From contig JBAZJZ010000003.1 in assembly GCA_041650995.1 (NCBI GenBank), positions 22,662 through 86,661 of the forward strand: a DNA stretch of 64,000 nt, read 5' to 3'. Under the pieces are notes generated by a model that was not told where the DNA came from, made no database searches, and saw nothing but the letters and a program-made list of their open reading frames with translations. This stretch comes from Patescibacteria group bacterium (GTDB lineage Bacteria > Patescibacteriota > Patescibacteriia > XYB2-FULL-38-15). A program made the translations under genes and the position numbers. The first letter of the stretch is position 1, and the number at the start of each line of letters is the position of its first letter. Positions 9,672-19,064 of the stretch are shown here, one piece after another.

Positions 9672-11717
9672 ATGGCAGAGACAAAAGAAAAAAAGAAAAA
9701 AGTGGTTAAAGTCCGGCCGATTAAAAAAATGGCAAGCCGCAAAGGAAAAGAGGTAAAAATGATTGAGGCAGCAGAAGAAATGGTGGAATTGCCTCCCATA
9801 AAAGAAGAAAAAATGTTAGAGACTGTTCGTCGGCCCGCACTTCCCAAGGGAAAAGAAAAACATTTAAGTAAAAAAGAGCTTGAAAAAGAACTAAGAGAAA
9901 TTTACGAAGACCAAGACGGTGAAATTTCGGATATGTCAAAAATTTATCATAAGAAAAAGAGCAGGGTGAAGAGATTTATGTTGGGGGCGCTGATATTTTT
10001 TGTCTGTGCCGCGGCGCTTTCCTGGGCAGGATTTTTCTTTTTTGGGCGGGGCAGGGCTTTTACTGGTGAAAATGTAAATCTGGAAATAATTTCGCCAGAT
10101 ACTATCGCGGGCGGAGAAAACGTGGAATTTATAATAAAATATAAAAATAACGAGACAGTCCCTCTCGGCCAGGCGGAAATAAGAGTAAGATTGCCGGATG
10201 ATTTCGCACAAAGCGGAGCGGAACCCGCTTCCTCGGACGGAGAAAATATTTGGAGAATCGGAAGCATCGCCGCGGGCAAGGGAGGGGAGATAAAAATCAT
10301 AGGATCACTTTTCGGCGCGGAGGAATCCCTAGAGACACTTCAGGCAGTTTTAACTTATAAGCCGGCAGATTTTAATTCTGAATTTCAAAAAGTGGCTACG
10401 GCTGTAACAAAAATACAAAGTTCCCTTTTAGACGTGTCTCTTTCCGGCCCAGAAAGAATTTTAACTAATAAGGAGACGTCTTTTAAAATAAAATATGAAA
10501 ATACAGGAGAGGCAACACTTCAGGGTATAAAAATTTCTGTAATCGCCCCCGCAGATTTTTCTTTTAAAGAAAAACAGGGAGAAAAGGAAATATCAAGTTG
10601 GGAAATTCTTGAGGCAGTGCCGAATGAAGAAAAGGAGATTAATTTTTTGGGGTCGTTTGGTTCGGCCGCTGAAGGAGAAAAGGAATTCAAGGTGCAGATA
10701 GGATTTATGAAAGGAGAAAAATTTTATCTGCAGAAAGAAAATTATTTCAAGACAAATGTTTTAGCCGGGGCAATCCTCCCGACACTTATTTTAAACGGCG
10801 ATTCCAAAGATCGCGCGTTAAATTTTGGGGATACGTTGAATTACGCCATTGTTTATCAAAATAAAGATAAAACAGATTTGTCTGACGTTGAAATAAAAAT
10901 GGTATTTGAATCAACTTCGCGCAACAACAAAATGATTTTAGATTGGGCCACCTTCAAAGATGATTATAATGGAACAGTGCTCGGCACCCAGCTTTCTCCG
11001 GAAATTCGTCAGGGAACAATTACTTGGACGAAACGGCAGGTTACCAATCTCTCCAAACTAGCGCCCGGCGTGGAAGAAACAATTAATCTCCAGATGAGGA
11101 TAAAACCTTTTTCCGAATTTCAAAATTGGGGCACTAAAGATTTTGAAGTTAAAAGCTGGGTGGAAGTTAATGTCGGGAAAAATGGGGCGGACGGGGCAGA
11201 GGAAACAATTCAAAGCAATAAAATTAATTTTAAAATAAACAGCGACATGGTTTTGCAAACAGCGGCGCGTTACTTTAACGATGATAATATCGCCGTTGGC
11301 AGCGGCCCTCTTCCTCCCAGAGTTGGAGAAGCCACGGCCTACAGAATTTTTTGGAACATAACAAACTCTTTGCACGAAATTACAGATTTGAAAATAAGCA
11401 CTATCTTGCCAGAGAACATTCGTTGGTCTAATAAACATGAAATTACCGCCGGCGAACTGAAATTCAACGAGGCGACGCGTGAAGTTTCTTGGACACTAAA
11501 TAGGATGCCGCTTGATGTTAATGCCCTTGGTGTTAATTTTGAAATTTTAGTTACGCCTACCGCGGCAGAAAAAGGTAAACTTTTAACTTTGCTTTTGGGA
11601 ACGAATTTAACAGCGACTGATAAATCAACCGGGGCAATAATTACGAAAACCGGAGAGGCGTTAACTTCCAATCTTGACGGCGATCCGGGAGCAGAGGGCA
11701 AGGGGATTGTGCGATAA
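9672..11717 (+). CDS. Large surface protein: Lys-rich cytoplasmic N-terminus, one TM, repeated beta-rich (DUF11/CARDB-like) extracellular domains
   Basis: KKKK-rich N-terminus, hydrophobic segment LGALIFFVCAAALSWAGFFFF, then repeated about 100-aa units with G-E-N/T-rich strands. Confidence 0.45.
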   Translation: MAETKEKKKKVVKVRPIKKMASRKGKEVKMIEAAEEMVELPPIKEEKMLETVRRPALPKGKEKHLSKKELEKELREIYEDQDGEISDMSKIYHKKKSRVKRFMLGALIFFVCAAALSWAGFFFFGRGRAFTGENVNLEIISPDTIAGGENVEFIIKYKNNETVPLGQAEIRVRLPDDFAQSGAEPASSDGENIWRIGSIAAGKGGEIKIIGSLFGAEESLETLQAVLTYKPADFNSEFQKVATAVTKIQSSLLDVSLSGPERILTNKETSFKIKYENTGEATLQGIKISVIAPADFSFKEKQGEKEISSWEILEAVPNEEKEINFLGSFGSAAEGEKEFKVQIGFMKGEKFYLQKENYFKTNVLAGAILPTLILNGDSKDRALNFGDTLNYAIVYQNKDKTDLSDVEIKMVFESTSRNNKMILDWATFKDDYNGTVLGTQLSPEIRQGTITWTKRQVTNLSKLAPGVEETINLQMRIKPFSEFQNWGTKDFEVKSWVEVNVGKNGADGAEETIQSNKINFKINSDMVLQTAARYFNDDNIAVGSGPLPPRVGEATAYRIFWNITNSLHEITDLKISTILPENIRWSNKHEITAGELKFNEATREVSWTLNRMPLDVNALGVNFEILVTPTAAEKGKLLTLLLGTNLTATDKSTGAIITKTGEALTSNLDGDPGAEGKGIVR

Positions 11718-11740
11718 GTGATAAAGAAATTAAAATTTAA

Positions 11741-11768
11741 ACCCGCCACAATAAGGCGGGTTTTGAGT
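11741..11768 (+). terminator. Rho-independent terminator
   Basis: AAACCCGCCacaataaGGCGGGTTTT hairpin with T-tract. Confidence 0.6.
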
Positions 11769-11818
11769 TGACGGTTTTAAGATTTTAAACTAAGTTTATG
11801 ATAGAAGGAGGATCAGCA

Positions 11819-12040
11819 ATGTGTCGATTCGGACAGGAAGGCGGAGCGCCGATCGGAGGCGGAGATTCTTCCATGACGGAGAGGCCGGATGCGCCGAATT
11901 GGCAGGAGGCCAACGAATATCTGCGGAGGATGCTCGGTCCGAGGGCCTATGCCAATTTGAGGTTCAATCGGAGGGAACTTTCGATGCGCGACGCAGAGCT
12001 CATTGTTCGGCGATACGGCGGATCGAAGGACAAAAAATAG
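11819..12040 (+). CDS. Hypothetical small protein (73 aa) in GC-rich islet
   Basis: Strong RBS GAAGGAGGA 7 nt before the ATG. GC-rich codons contrast with the flanking genes. Confidence 0.35.
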   Translation: MCRFGQEGGAPIGGGDSSMTERPDAPNWQEANEYLRRMLGPRAYANLRFNRRELSMRDAELIVRRYGGSKDKK

Positions 12041-12049
12041 GGGACGGAC

Positions 12050-12268
12050 ATGAACATCGGCCAATGGATCGAGAAGGTTCGTAATTCGCCAATCGGGCGG
12101 ACTCTTCTCGTACCAGTACGTACTCCAGGCGCGATAGTCAATTTCGTCTGGCAGACGTTTTCATACTGGCTGGACGAGCGGAACGCGAAGCGTGGCGTGA
12201 CACTTGATGTTGAGAGTGTTCGCCAGCGGGGCGAGCCGTTTCTGCCGGATCCGAGATGCCATCACTGA
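12050..12268 (+). CDS. Hypothetical small protein (72 aa) in GC-rich islet
   Basis: Starts 10 nt after the previous stop. Same GC-rich composition. Confidence 0.3.
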   Translation: MNIGQWIEKVRNSPIGRTLLVPVRTPGAIVNFVWQTFSYWLDERNAKRGVTLDVESVRQRGEPFLPDPRCHH

Positions 12269-12328
12269 CGTGAGAGAGGGGGGGCGAGTGGACCAAGGGT
12301 TCACTCTTTTTTTATTGTAACAAAGATT

Positions 12329-12654
12329 TATTCTATTTTTCTGCCATGAATCATTATCTGTATAAAAGCCGTTTGCTCAAATCCATGGCCAAAAAATGAT
12401 AAGCGGCCGGCCATTTTATAAAAATCGTCTAAATCCACGCCGCGTTCTTTGGCTAGATCTTCGAATTCGTTTATTAATTGCAGAGTAGTAACTTCTCCTT
12501 CAGTTATTGCTTCTAAGACATTGCCGCCGCGTTCTTTGATTATTTTTTTAACTCTTGTTCATGCCGAATGGCAATTTCTTTAGTTAATTCGACACCGCGT
12601 CTTGCATTAGCCATATTATCTTTTTGTTCATGTATTTTTCTCTCACCTTCCATA
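12329..12654 (-). pseudogene. Small ORF interrupted at an A7 homopolymer (possible frameshift or pseudogene, about 105 aa if fused)
   Basis: Minus-strand ORF MEGERKIHEQKDNMANARRGVELTKEIAIRHEQELKK ends with a stop directly after A_AAA_AAA. A -1 frame continues IIKERGGNVLEAITEGEV...GRKIE to 12329. Confidence 0.3.
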
Positions 12655-12665
12655 TTATTTATTAA

Positions 12666-12737
12666 TGCCCTCGGCAGGAATCGAACCTGCACCACCTCCT
12701 CCGGAGGGAGGCGTTGTATCCATTCAACTACGAGGGC
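12666..12737 (-). tRNA. tRNA-Arg (anticodon CCG)
   Basis: Cloverleaf: acceptor GCCCTCG/CGAGGGC, anticodon loop CTCCGGA, T-loop TTCGATT. 72 nt. Confidence 0.85.
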
Positions 12738-13690
12738 TTTAAAATTTTTTTAGCAAGATTGTAAATTTTATACCACAAATTATTAATTGGCAAATCAAAA
12801 GTTCCGGGATAAGAAATTTCAAAACCACCAAAGCCTTTTTTAAAACGAGTGACTCCCGGCCATTTTTTTTCATCAATTCCCCAAAAATCGTAAAATTTAT
12901 AACCAAGATTTTTTGCTTCCTTAATAATTTCCCAGTGCAGAAAATATGGGGCCATTAAACTTCGATACTCATGTGAGGAGGCGCCGTGAAGATAAGTGGC
13001 CGTGTCGCCAAAATATCCGACGATGGCGGCGGCGAGTGGCATGTTTTCAAAATAAGCGACCATAAGTTCCGCGCGCATTTCTGTTTTCCCATCGCCGTTT
13101 ATATTTTTTAGCATGGATTCATAATATTTTTTGGGGTGTGCATGAAATTTATCACGGGCAGTAGTTTCTTCCATCAATTTCCAAAAATCTTCCAGAGCCC
13201 CGGTTTTTAAAACCAGATTTTTTTTCTCTGCCAGACGAATGTTATAGCGAGTTTTTTCGTGCATTAGAGAAAGCAATTCTTCGTTGGTTTTTAGGAGATT
13301 TAAAACGAGCGTTTGTTTTGGTTGAACGGACGCGACGCGCAGTAGTGGTGGTAGCAAGATTTCTGTCAGCGGTTCTATTTTTAAAAATATAGCTCCATCT
13401 TTTTGAGTGGTTTTTTTAATTTTGTCGATTAGCTCTTCTGGTTCGCCGACCGGGCCTCGAGGAGCATAAAAATATCCTTTCCTGAACGGCAGTAATTTTA
13501 CAAGCACGCCACAGATCGCCTTAAGATTATTTTTTTCATCAACTAAACCGAGCCGGTAAATTTTATGGCCATTTATCTCCTGAAAATCCAGCCACTCGGC
13601 GCTCTGTAAAAAAATCCCAGTCTGAGTCGGCTGGTTTAATAAAAAATCATTCCATTTAATTTTATCGTCGATTTGTTTAACTTCTAACAT
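12728..13690 (-). CDS. FemAB-family peptidoglycan interpeptide-bridge aminoacyltransferase (FemX-like)
   Basis: 320 aa. N-terminal FLQSAEWLDFQ...YFYAPRGPV pattern typical of the FemABX family. The 3' end overlaps tRNA-Arg by about 10 nt. Confidence 0.55.
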   Translation of the reverse strand: MLEVKQIDDKIKWNDFLLNQPTQTGIFLQSAEWLDFQEINGHKIYRLGLVDEKNNLKAICGVLVKLLPFRKGYFYAPRGPVGEPEELIDKIKKTTQKDGAIFLKIEPLTEILLPPLLRVASVQPKQTLVLNLLKTNEELLSLMHEKTRYNIRLAEKKNLVLKTGALEDFWKLMEETTARDKFHAHPKKYYESMLKNINGDGKTEMRAELMVAYFENMPLAAAIVGYFGDTATYLHGASSHEYRSLMAPYFLHWEIIKEAKNLGYKFYDFWGIDEKKWPGVTRFKKGFGGFEISYPGTFDLPINNLWYKIYNLAKKILKPS

Positions 13691-13691
13691 T

Positions 13692-14246
13692 TTATTTGCC
13701 CAGATTTTTTAGGGCCGCTTTAATTTTGTTTTCCGCGCCTTCCACTTCTTCACCTATTTTTCCGACCGCTTCCTGTGCTTCATTTTTGGAATATCCAAGG
13801 CGGACAAGGGCATCCACAATTTCATTATCGCCCGAAACGGTTTTTCCGGTTACGAGCCTGCCTTTTAATTCCAGGATTATTTTTTGGGCGGTTTTTTTGC
13901 CCACGCCGGGAATAGTTCCGAGAATACCCAGATCGCCTTCGGAAACAGCCTTTTCTAATTTTTCCAGTTTATAAGCAGAGATAAGTTTGTGGGCCAGCTT
14001 TGGGCCAACGCCAGAGATGCCAATTAATTGCCAGAAAAATCTTAATTCTTCGGCCGTGCCAAAGCCGTAAAGTTCCCGGCTGTCTTCGCGTGCGTATTCA
14101 TGGGTGAAGACCTCAATAATTTCCCCGGATTTATATTTTAAAAGATGCGATTCCGGGAGAAAAACTTGATAACCGACGCCGCCTGTCTCCACAATAGCGA
14201 AATGGCCACCTTTATAAATGATTTTTCCTTTGAGATAGGAAATCAT
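13692..14246 (-). CDS. ruvA: Holliday junction DNA helicase subunit RuvA
   Basis: N-terminal OB domain MISYLKGKI...GVGYQV, HhH motifs GVGPKLA and GVGKKTAQKI, C-terminal domain. Confidence 0.85.
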   Translation of the reverse strand: MISYLKGKIIYKGGHFAIVETGGVGYQVFLPESHLLKYKSGEIIEVFTHEYAREDSRELYGFGTAEELRFFWQLIGISGVGPKLAHKLISAYKLEKLEKAVSEGDLGILGTIPGVGKKTAQKIILELKGRLVTGKTVSGDNEIVDALVRLGYSKNEAQEAVGKIGEEVEGAENKIKAALKNLGK

Positions 14247-14250
14247 AAAA

Positions 14251-15204
14251 TTATTTTTTCTTTTTAAATCTTTTGATGCGAATTAATCCGGAGCATGGAA
14301 TAATTTGAATTCCTCGTTTTTCCAGTTCATCTAAAAATAAATTCATACCGAGTGAATCGGATGACATGTGTCCGGCGATGATAACGTTGATGTGCGCCGC
14401 CTCGGCTTCCTTTTTATGTTCTTCGGATTGGTGCATGCCGATAATTGTGCCAACCCCGGCTTGAGCAAGCTTTTCATAAATTTTTGCTGAGGGTTCAGTT
14501 CCGCCAGTGATTTCCGTGACCGCCACTTTGCCACAATGATTTTCCGGATGGCCGGCGAAGAGCCGCGGTCCGGCGCCGAGTTTTATTGCTTCTTTATATT
14601 CAGGAATTTCTTTTAATAATTTTAAAATGTCGCCGACATATTCCGGTTTGGCCGCGGTGATTTTTTTCTTTAGAAAATTGGCTACCAAATTATCGCAAGG
14701 TGTATGGACATTTATATAGCTGATTTTTAAAAGGCGGGCAATATCAATCGGACGATAGTGATTAACAGGATTTACGCCGCGAGCCACTTCCTCAATTCGC
14801 GATTTTTGTACAGCCTCGGCGACGTTTATTGGCACACCATATTGGGCATAAACATCCGCCTGCAAATGCATTACGTCCGCCAAGTCCGTAAGGGCTTTGC
14901 CTCGCGGGTGATGGGCTAAAATTAAATCAGCGCCAAGCCGGTCAGCTAAGAAAATTTCGTCACCTTCCATATCAATGCCGGCGAGGATTTTTTTAATTGG
15001 AGTTTTTCCCGAGTCAAAATGGATTCGGCTATCCAAATATGGATTAGTCAGCGCTTCAAGATCAAACTCTTCTTTTTGTTCTTTATTTAATTTTTCGTAC
15101 TGTTCTTTTTTCCGTTTTAACATTTTCAAAACCGCCGTTTTTCCGCGTAAGTCGGAATTAATGCCCATCTGTATGCTTAAATCGAAAATTTGTTTTAGGT
15201 TCAT
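14251..15204 (-). CDS. Nif3-family dinuclear-metal-centre protein
   Basis: GADLILAHHP and later HxxE blocks. Start taken at the internal ATG (MNLKQIF) so that it does not overlap the ileS stop; the track start is 15240. Confidence 0.6.
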   Translation of the reverse strand: MNLKQIFDLSIQMGINSDLRGKTAVLKMLKRKKEQYEKLNKEQKEEFDLEALTNPYLDSRIHFDSGKTPIKKILAGIDMEGDEIFLADRLGADLILAHHPRGKALTDLADVMHLQADVYAQYGVPINVAEAVQKSRIEEVARGVNPVNHYRPIDIARLLKISYINVHTPCDNLVANFLKKKITAAKPEYVGDILKLLKEIPEYKEAIKLGAGPRLFAGHPENHCGKVAVTEITGGTEPSAKIYEKLAQAGVGTIIGMHQSEEHKKEAEAAHINVIIAGHMSSDSLGMNLFLDELEKRGIQIIPCSGLIRIKRFKKKK

Positions 15205-15205
15205 A

Positions 15206-18046
15206 TTAGATTTTTTTAATGCCAAGCCAGACACCCGCAATTTCTTTTTGTCCTAAAACTTCGGGTCGGCCTTTTTCTAAGTTATTGCTTAGTGTTTCTT
15301 TTTTAATTTTTTCGCCAAATTCTTCTATTGCCTTTTCCGCGGATTCGCTGCCATCATAATAAATGTTAACCCGGTCAGCAATTGAAAGGCCAGCTTCTTT
15401 TCGGAGAGAATTAACCGTCCGGACAATTTCACGAACCAGACCTTGGGCTTTCAATTCCTCGGTCAATTCCGTATCTAACTTATCTTCACCGAATTTTAAT
15501 TCCAAAATATTGAGTTCGTCTTTAATTATTTCAATATATTCCGTCGACAGCTCTTTTGTGAGTATAGTAGAATAAGAGGCGAGCGGCTGTCTGATTTTTA
15601 TTCCGACCGAGGCGCGCGCCGCAAGTCCGGTTTCCACGATTTTTTTAGCCAAGTCCATCTGATCTAATATTTTTTGGTTAACTAATTTTTTTTCAAATTT
15701 TGGCCAAGTTTCAAGATGAACGGAAAGATTTTTTTCCGCGAGTTCCTGGTAAATCTTTTCTGAAACAAAAGGAGTAAACGGAGCGAGTATCCTCCCAAGA
15801 GTAGCAAGGACAAGGTGCAAAGTTGCGAGCGCTTCGTTTTTTTCTTCACCTTCGCTCTTGAATCTATCCCGCGAGCGTCGCAGATACCAGGTTGATAATT
15901 CATTGCTGAAATCCTGCAGACCGCGAGCGGCACCAACTACGTCATATTCATCCAACTTTTTGGTAGTATTTTTTGTCAGGAGATTTAGTTTCGCGAGGAT
16001 CCATTTGTCCAAAATATGGGACGGTTTTATTTTTCCTTCTGGTTTTTTGTCGGCGTATAATTTATAAAAACTGATGATATTAAAGAGAATTAAAAAGAAT
16101 TTTTTGATGACCCCATCAACTTCAACCACGCTAAAATTTTTCGGATCGCCAGGTTGGTTTATCGTGTAAAAAAACCAGCGGGCTGCGTCCGAACCATATT
16201 TATTGATAATATCCCATGGGTCAACAATGTTGCCTTTTGATTTACTCATCTTCTCACCCTTGGCGTCGCGCAGGTGGCCGAGACAGATGACGTTTTTGTA
16301 AGGAGCGCCGTGGCCCAGGAGAGTTGAAACGGCGAGCAGGGTATAAAACCACCCGCGGGTTTGATCAATTGCTTCCGAAATAAATTCGGCCGGGAATTGT
16401 TCACCTTTATCAATTTTTTCTTTATTTTCAAACGGATAATGCCACTGGGCAAAAGGCATGGATCCGGAATCAAACCAGCAGTCCAGCACTTCCGGAGTTC
16501 GTCTCATTTCGCTGCCACATTTTGGACAGGGGAAAATGACAGCGTCGATAAACGGTCGGTGGAGATCTAAAGTTTTCAGATTTTTTCCGCTTAATTTTTC
16601 AAGTTCCTCGACTGAACCCACAAAATGTTTTTCTCCGCAAGCGCATTTCCAAACAGGCAGTGGCGTACCCCAATACCGTTCACGAGTCAGAGCCCAATCC
16701 TTAACTTCCCTGAGCCATTCGCCGAACCGGCCGTCTTTGATATAGTCAGGAACCCAATTAATTGTTTGATTATTTTTTAATAAATTTTTTTTGACTGTCG
16801 GATCAGACATTTTGATAAACCAAGAACGTTTCGCGTAGTAGAGGAGCGGCGTGCCGCAGCGCCAGCAGAAAGGATAATCATGAGTGTAGGCAAGAGTCCG
16901 ATAAAGCAGGTTACGAGATTTAAGATCTTCAATAATTTCCGGCTCAACATTTTTAACAAATTTTCCGGCCCACTTTTTGACACTCGGAAGAAATAATCCA
17001 TTTTCATCAACCGTGTGGACTTCAGGGAGGCCAATTTTTTTACCCAAATTGAAGTCATCTTCGCCATACATGACCGCAGTGTGTACGACGCCGGTGCCGT
17101 CTTCAGTCGAAACAAAATCAGCCGAGGTAACATACCAGGCGCGTTTTTCGCCGGGATCGAGATAGTCCGGGAAAAGCGGTTCATATTCCAAATTGATTAA
17201 GTCCTTACCCCTTAGTTCTTTTTCAATTTCGTACGGCTGCCCTTCGAGCGTCTTCTCAGCCAGATCTTTGGCAACAATTAAATATTCCTCGTTTTGTTTT
17301 ATGATAAGATAATCGATTTTTTCGCCAACCGCTAGGGCCACATTGCCGGGAAGAGTCCATGGTGTAGTTGTCCAAGACAAGATGTAGAGTGGTAATTTTT
17401 CTTTTAAGCCGAGTTTTTGATCCCTAACTAAAAATTTTATGTAGACCGAAGTTTCCAGAATATTTTTATAGCCCTGGGCGACTTCATGTGAAGAAAGGGC
17501 AGTCCCGCAGCGCGGACATTGCGGGACAATTTTATTTCCTTCGTAAAGTAGATCCTTATCCCAGATCTGTTTTAAAATCCACCAAAGAGATTCAATATAA
17601 TAATTTTCATAAGTAATATATGGATGTTCGAGGTCAAGCCAAAAAGCGATGCGCTCGGTCATCTTTTCCCATTCTTCTTTATAATACCAAACGCTTTCTT
17701 TACACTTTTTATTGAAGGCCTCAATGCCGTACTTTTCAATGTCGGGTTTGCCTGAAAATTTTAATTCTTTTTCAATTTGGAGTTCAACCGGCAGACCGTG
17801 AGTGTCCCAGCCCGCTTTGCGACCGACAAAAAATCCTTGCATTGTTTTATAACGACAAACAATATCTTTGAAAGCGCGGGCTTCGACATGGTGCAGACCA
17901 GGTTTTCCATTAGCGGTCGGCGGCCCCTCAAAAAAAATAAAGTTACCTTTAGAACTTTTTTTTGCTAAAGTTTTTTCAAAAATTTTTTTGTCTTTCCAAA
18001 ATTTTAGAATCTCTTCTTCCATCTGGGGAAAATTGATGTTTGCCAT
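15206..18046 (-). CDS. ileS: Isoleucyl-tRNA synthetase
   Basis: PPTANGKPGLHHV (HIGH region), KMSKSKGN, zinc-binding CWRCGTP / CPRCGTA motifs. 946 aa. Confidence 0.9.
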   Translation of the reverse strand: MANINFPQMEEEILKFWKDKKIFEKTLAKKSSKGNFIFFEGPPTANGKPGLHHVEARAFKDIVCRYKTMQGFFVGRKAGWDTHGLPVELQIEKELKFSGKPDIEKYGIEAFNKKCKESVWYYKEEWEKMTERIAFWLDLEHPYITYENYYIESLWWILKQIWDKDLLYEGNKIVPQCPRCGTALSSHEVAQGYKNILETSVYIKFLVRDQKLGLKEKLPLYILSWTTTPWTLPGNVALAVGEKIDYLIIKQNEEYLIVAKDLAEKTLEGQPYEIEKELRGKDLINLEYEPLFPDYLDPGEKRAWYVTSADFVSTEDGTGVVHTAVMYGEDDFNLGKKIGLPEVHTVDENGLFLPSVKKWAGKFVKNVEPEIIEDLKSRNLLYRTLAYTHDYPFCWRCGTPLLYYAKRSWFIKMSDPTVKKNLLKNNQTINWVPDYIKDGRFGEWLREVKDWALTRERYWGTPLPVWKCACGEKHFVGSVEELEKLSGKNLKTLDLHRPFIDAVIFPCPKCGSEMRRTPEVLDCWFDSGSMPFAQWHYPFENKEKIDKGEQFPAEFISEAIDQTRGWFYTLLAVSTLLGHGAPYKNVICLGHLRDAKGEKMSKSKGNIVDPWDIINKYGSDAARWFFYTINQPGDPKNFSVVEVDGVIKKFFLILFNIISFYKLYADKKPEGKIKPSHILDKWILAKLNLLTKNTTKKLDEYDVVGAARGLQDFSNELSTWYLRRSRDRFKSEGEEKNEALATLHLVLATLGRILAPFTPFVSEKIYQELAEKNLSVHLETWPKFEKKLVNQKILDQMDLAKKIVETGLAARASVGIKIRQPLASYSTILTKELSTEYIEIIKDELNILELKFGEDKLDTELTEELKAQGLVREIVRTVNSLRKEAGLSIADRVNIYYDGSESAEKAIEEFGEKIKKETLSNNLEKGRPEVLGQKEIAGVWLGIKKI

Positions 18047-18097
18047 ATATGATTTTACGGTATTTTCAAAATTAAAATTAGATTAAGATTTATGTAT

Positions 18098-18132
18098 ATC
18101 ATAACAAAAAACTCCCGATTTAGCAAGGAGTT
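18098..18132 (-). terminator. Hairpin terminator downstream of the MBL-fold gene
   Basis: AAACTCCcgatttagcaaGGAGTTT hairpin between the convergent or tandem minus-strand genes. Confidence 0.35.
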
Positions 18133-18152
18133 TATGGCAACGCGGGACCTCT

Positions 18153-18938
18153 TTAAATTTTAATCTTTAAGCCGTCGTAAGCTAAAATTACAGAAAATTT
18201 TATTTTGTTTTTCCGACAATAAGAGTTGATTTCTTTTTGGGCAATTTTATGCGGCGGATAATTGTGGCCGATTTGGGTTAAATATAATTTTTTAGCGTGG
18301 AATTTTTTGGCTAAAGCAATTGCCCGTTCAACTGATAAATGCCAAGCCATTTTTGTGCCAAGCCACATGGCGCTATCTAAAAATAATACTTTGGCATTTT
18401 TAAAATATTTTTCCGAAGATTTGGGAATAGAACTAACGTCCGAGGCGTAAACCAGCGGGCCAATTTTAAATCCCAGGGTTAGAAAAGTTTTTTCTCGGAG
18501 GGCGTGCTTTACGCGAAAGGGAACAATTTTTAAGCCAAAAATTTTTAGGGAACGGTTCGGTTTTATAATTCGGTTCGGCAAAAGTTTGCCATAAACTCGT
18601 TTAAGATATTTTAAAGTTTGTTTTTCGGAGAAAATTTTTAGAGCGTAGTCCGCGGCAGTCAATTTTTTTAAACCGCCCGTTGCATCCGCGTGTCCGTGGG
18701 TCAGAAGCACCGCGTCCGCCGTGACGATTTTTTCTCGTTTTATTTGTTCTAGAAAATCAGGACCACAATCGATTAAAATATTTTTTTTATGCCACGCCAA
18801 AACAATTGAACTTCTTGTTCGCCGGCTTTTGCTTTTTGGTTTACGCGAGTCAAGGCAAGTAGAACAACGGCATTTTTTTCGCGGGATTGTTTCCGATGGA
18901 CCACTGCCTAAAACGGTAAGTTTTATTGACATAAGCAT
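18153..18938 (-). CDS. MBL-fold metallo-hydrolase
   Basis: LLTHGHADATGG (HxHxDH-type metallo-beta-lactamase motif). Confidence 0.7.
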   Translation of the reverse strand: MLMSIKLTVLGSGPSETIPRKKCRCSTCLDSRKPKSKSRRTRSSIVLAWHKKNILIDCGPDFLEQIKREKIVTADAVLLTHGHADATGGLKKLTAADYALKIFSEKQTLKYLKRVYGKLLPNRIIKPNRSLKIFGLKIVPFRVKHALREKTFLTLGFKIGPLVYASDVSSIPKSSEKYFKNAKVLFLDSAMWLGTKMAWHLSVERAIALAKKFHAKKLYLTQIGHNYPPHKIAQKEINSYCRKNKIKFSVILAYDGLKIKI

Positions 18939-18966
18939 TAAATTATTATACCATAATTTATAACTT

Positions 18967-19037
18967 GGGCCGTTAGCTTAGTGGTAGAGCTTCCGGTTTG
19001 CATCCGGAGGACGGGAGTTCGATTCTCCCACGGTCCA
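18967..19037 (+). tRNA. tRNA-Ala (anticodon TGC)
   Basis: G3:U70 pair in the acceptor stem, anticodon loop TTTGCAT, T-loop TTCGATT. Confidence 0.85.
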
Positions 19038-19064
19038 TTGTGAGTTTAATCTTAAAATAAAATT

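Noticed and set aside
18047-18152. Looked for T-box leader or attenuator upstream of ileS, and also upstream of valS at 42824-42973
   Set aside because: Leaders are only about 50-150 nt with no specifier-loop or T-box motif (AATTAGGGTGGNACCGCG). Only a short GTATAGTA direct repeat lies before valS.
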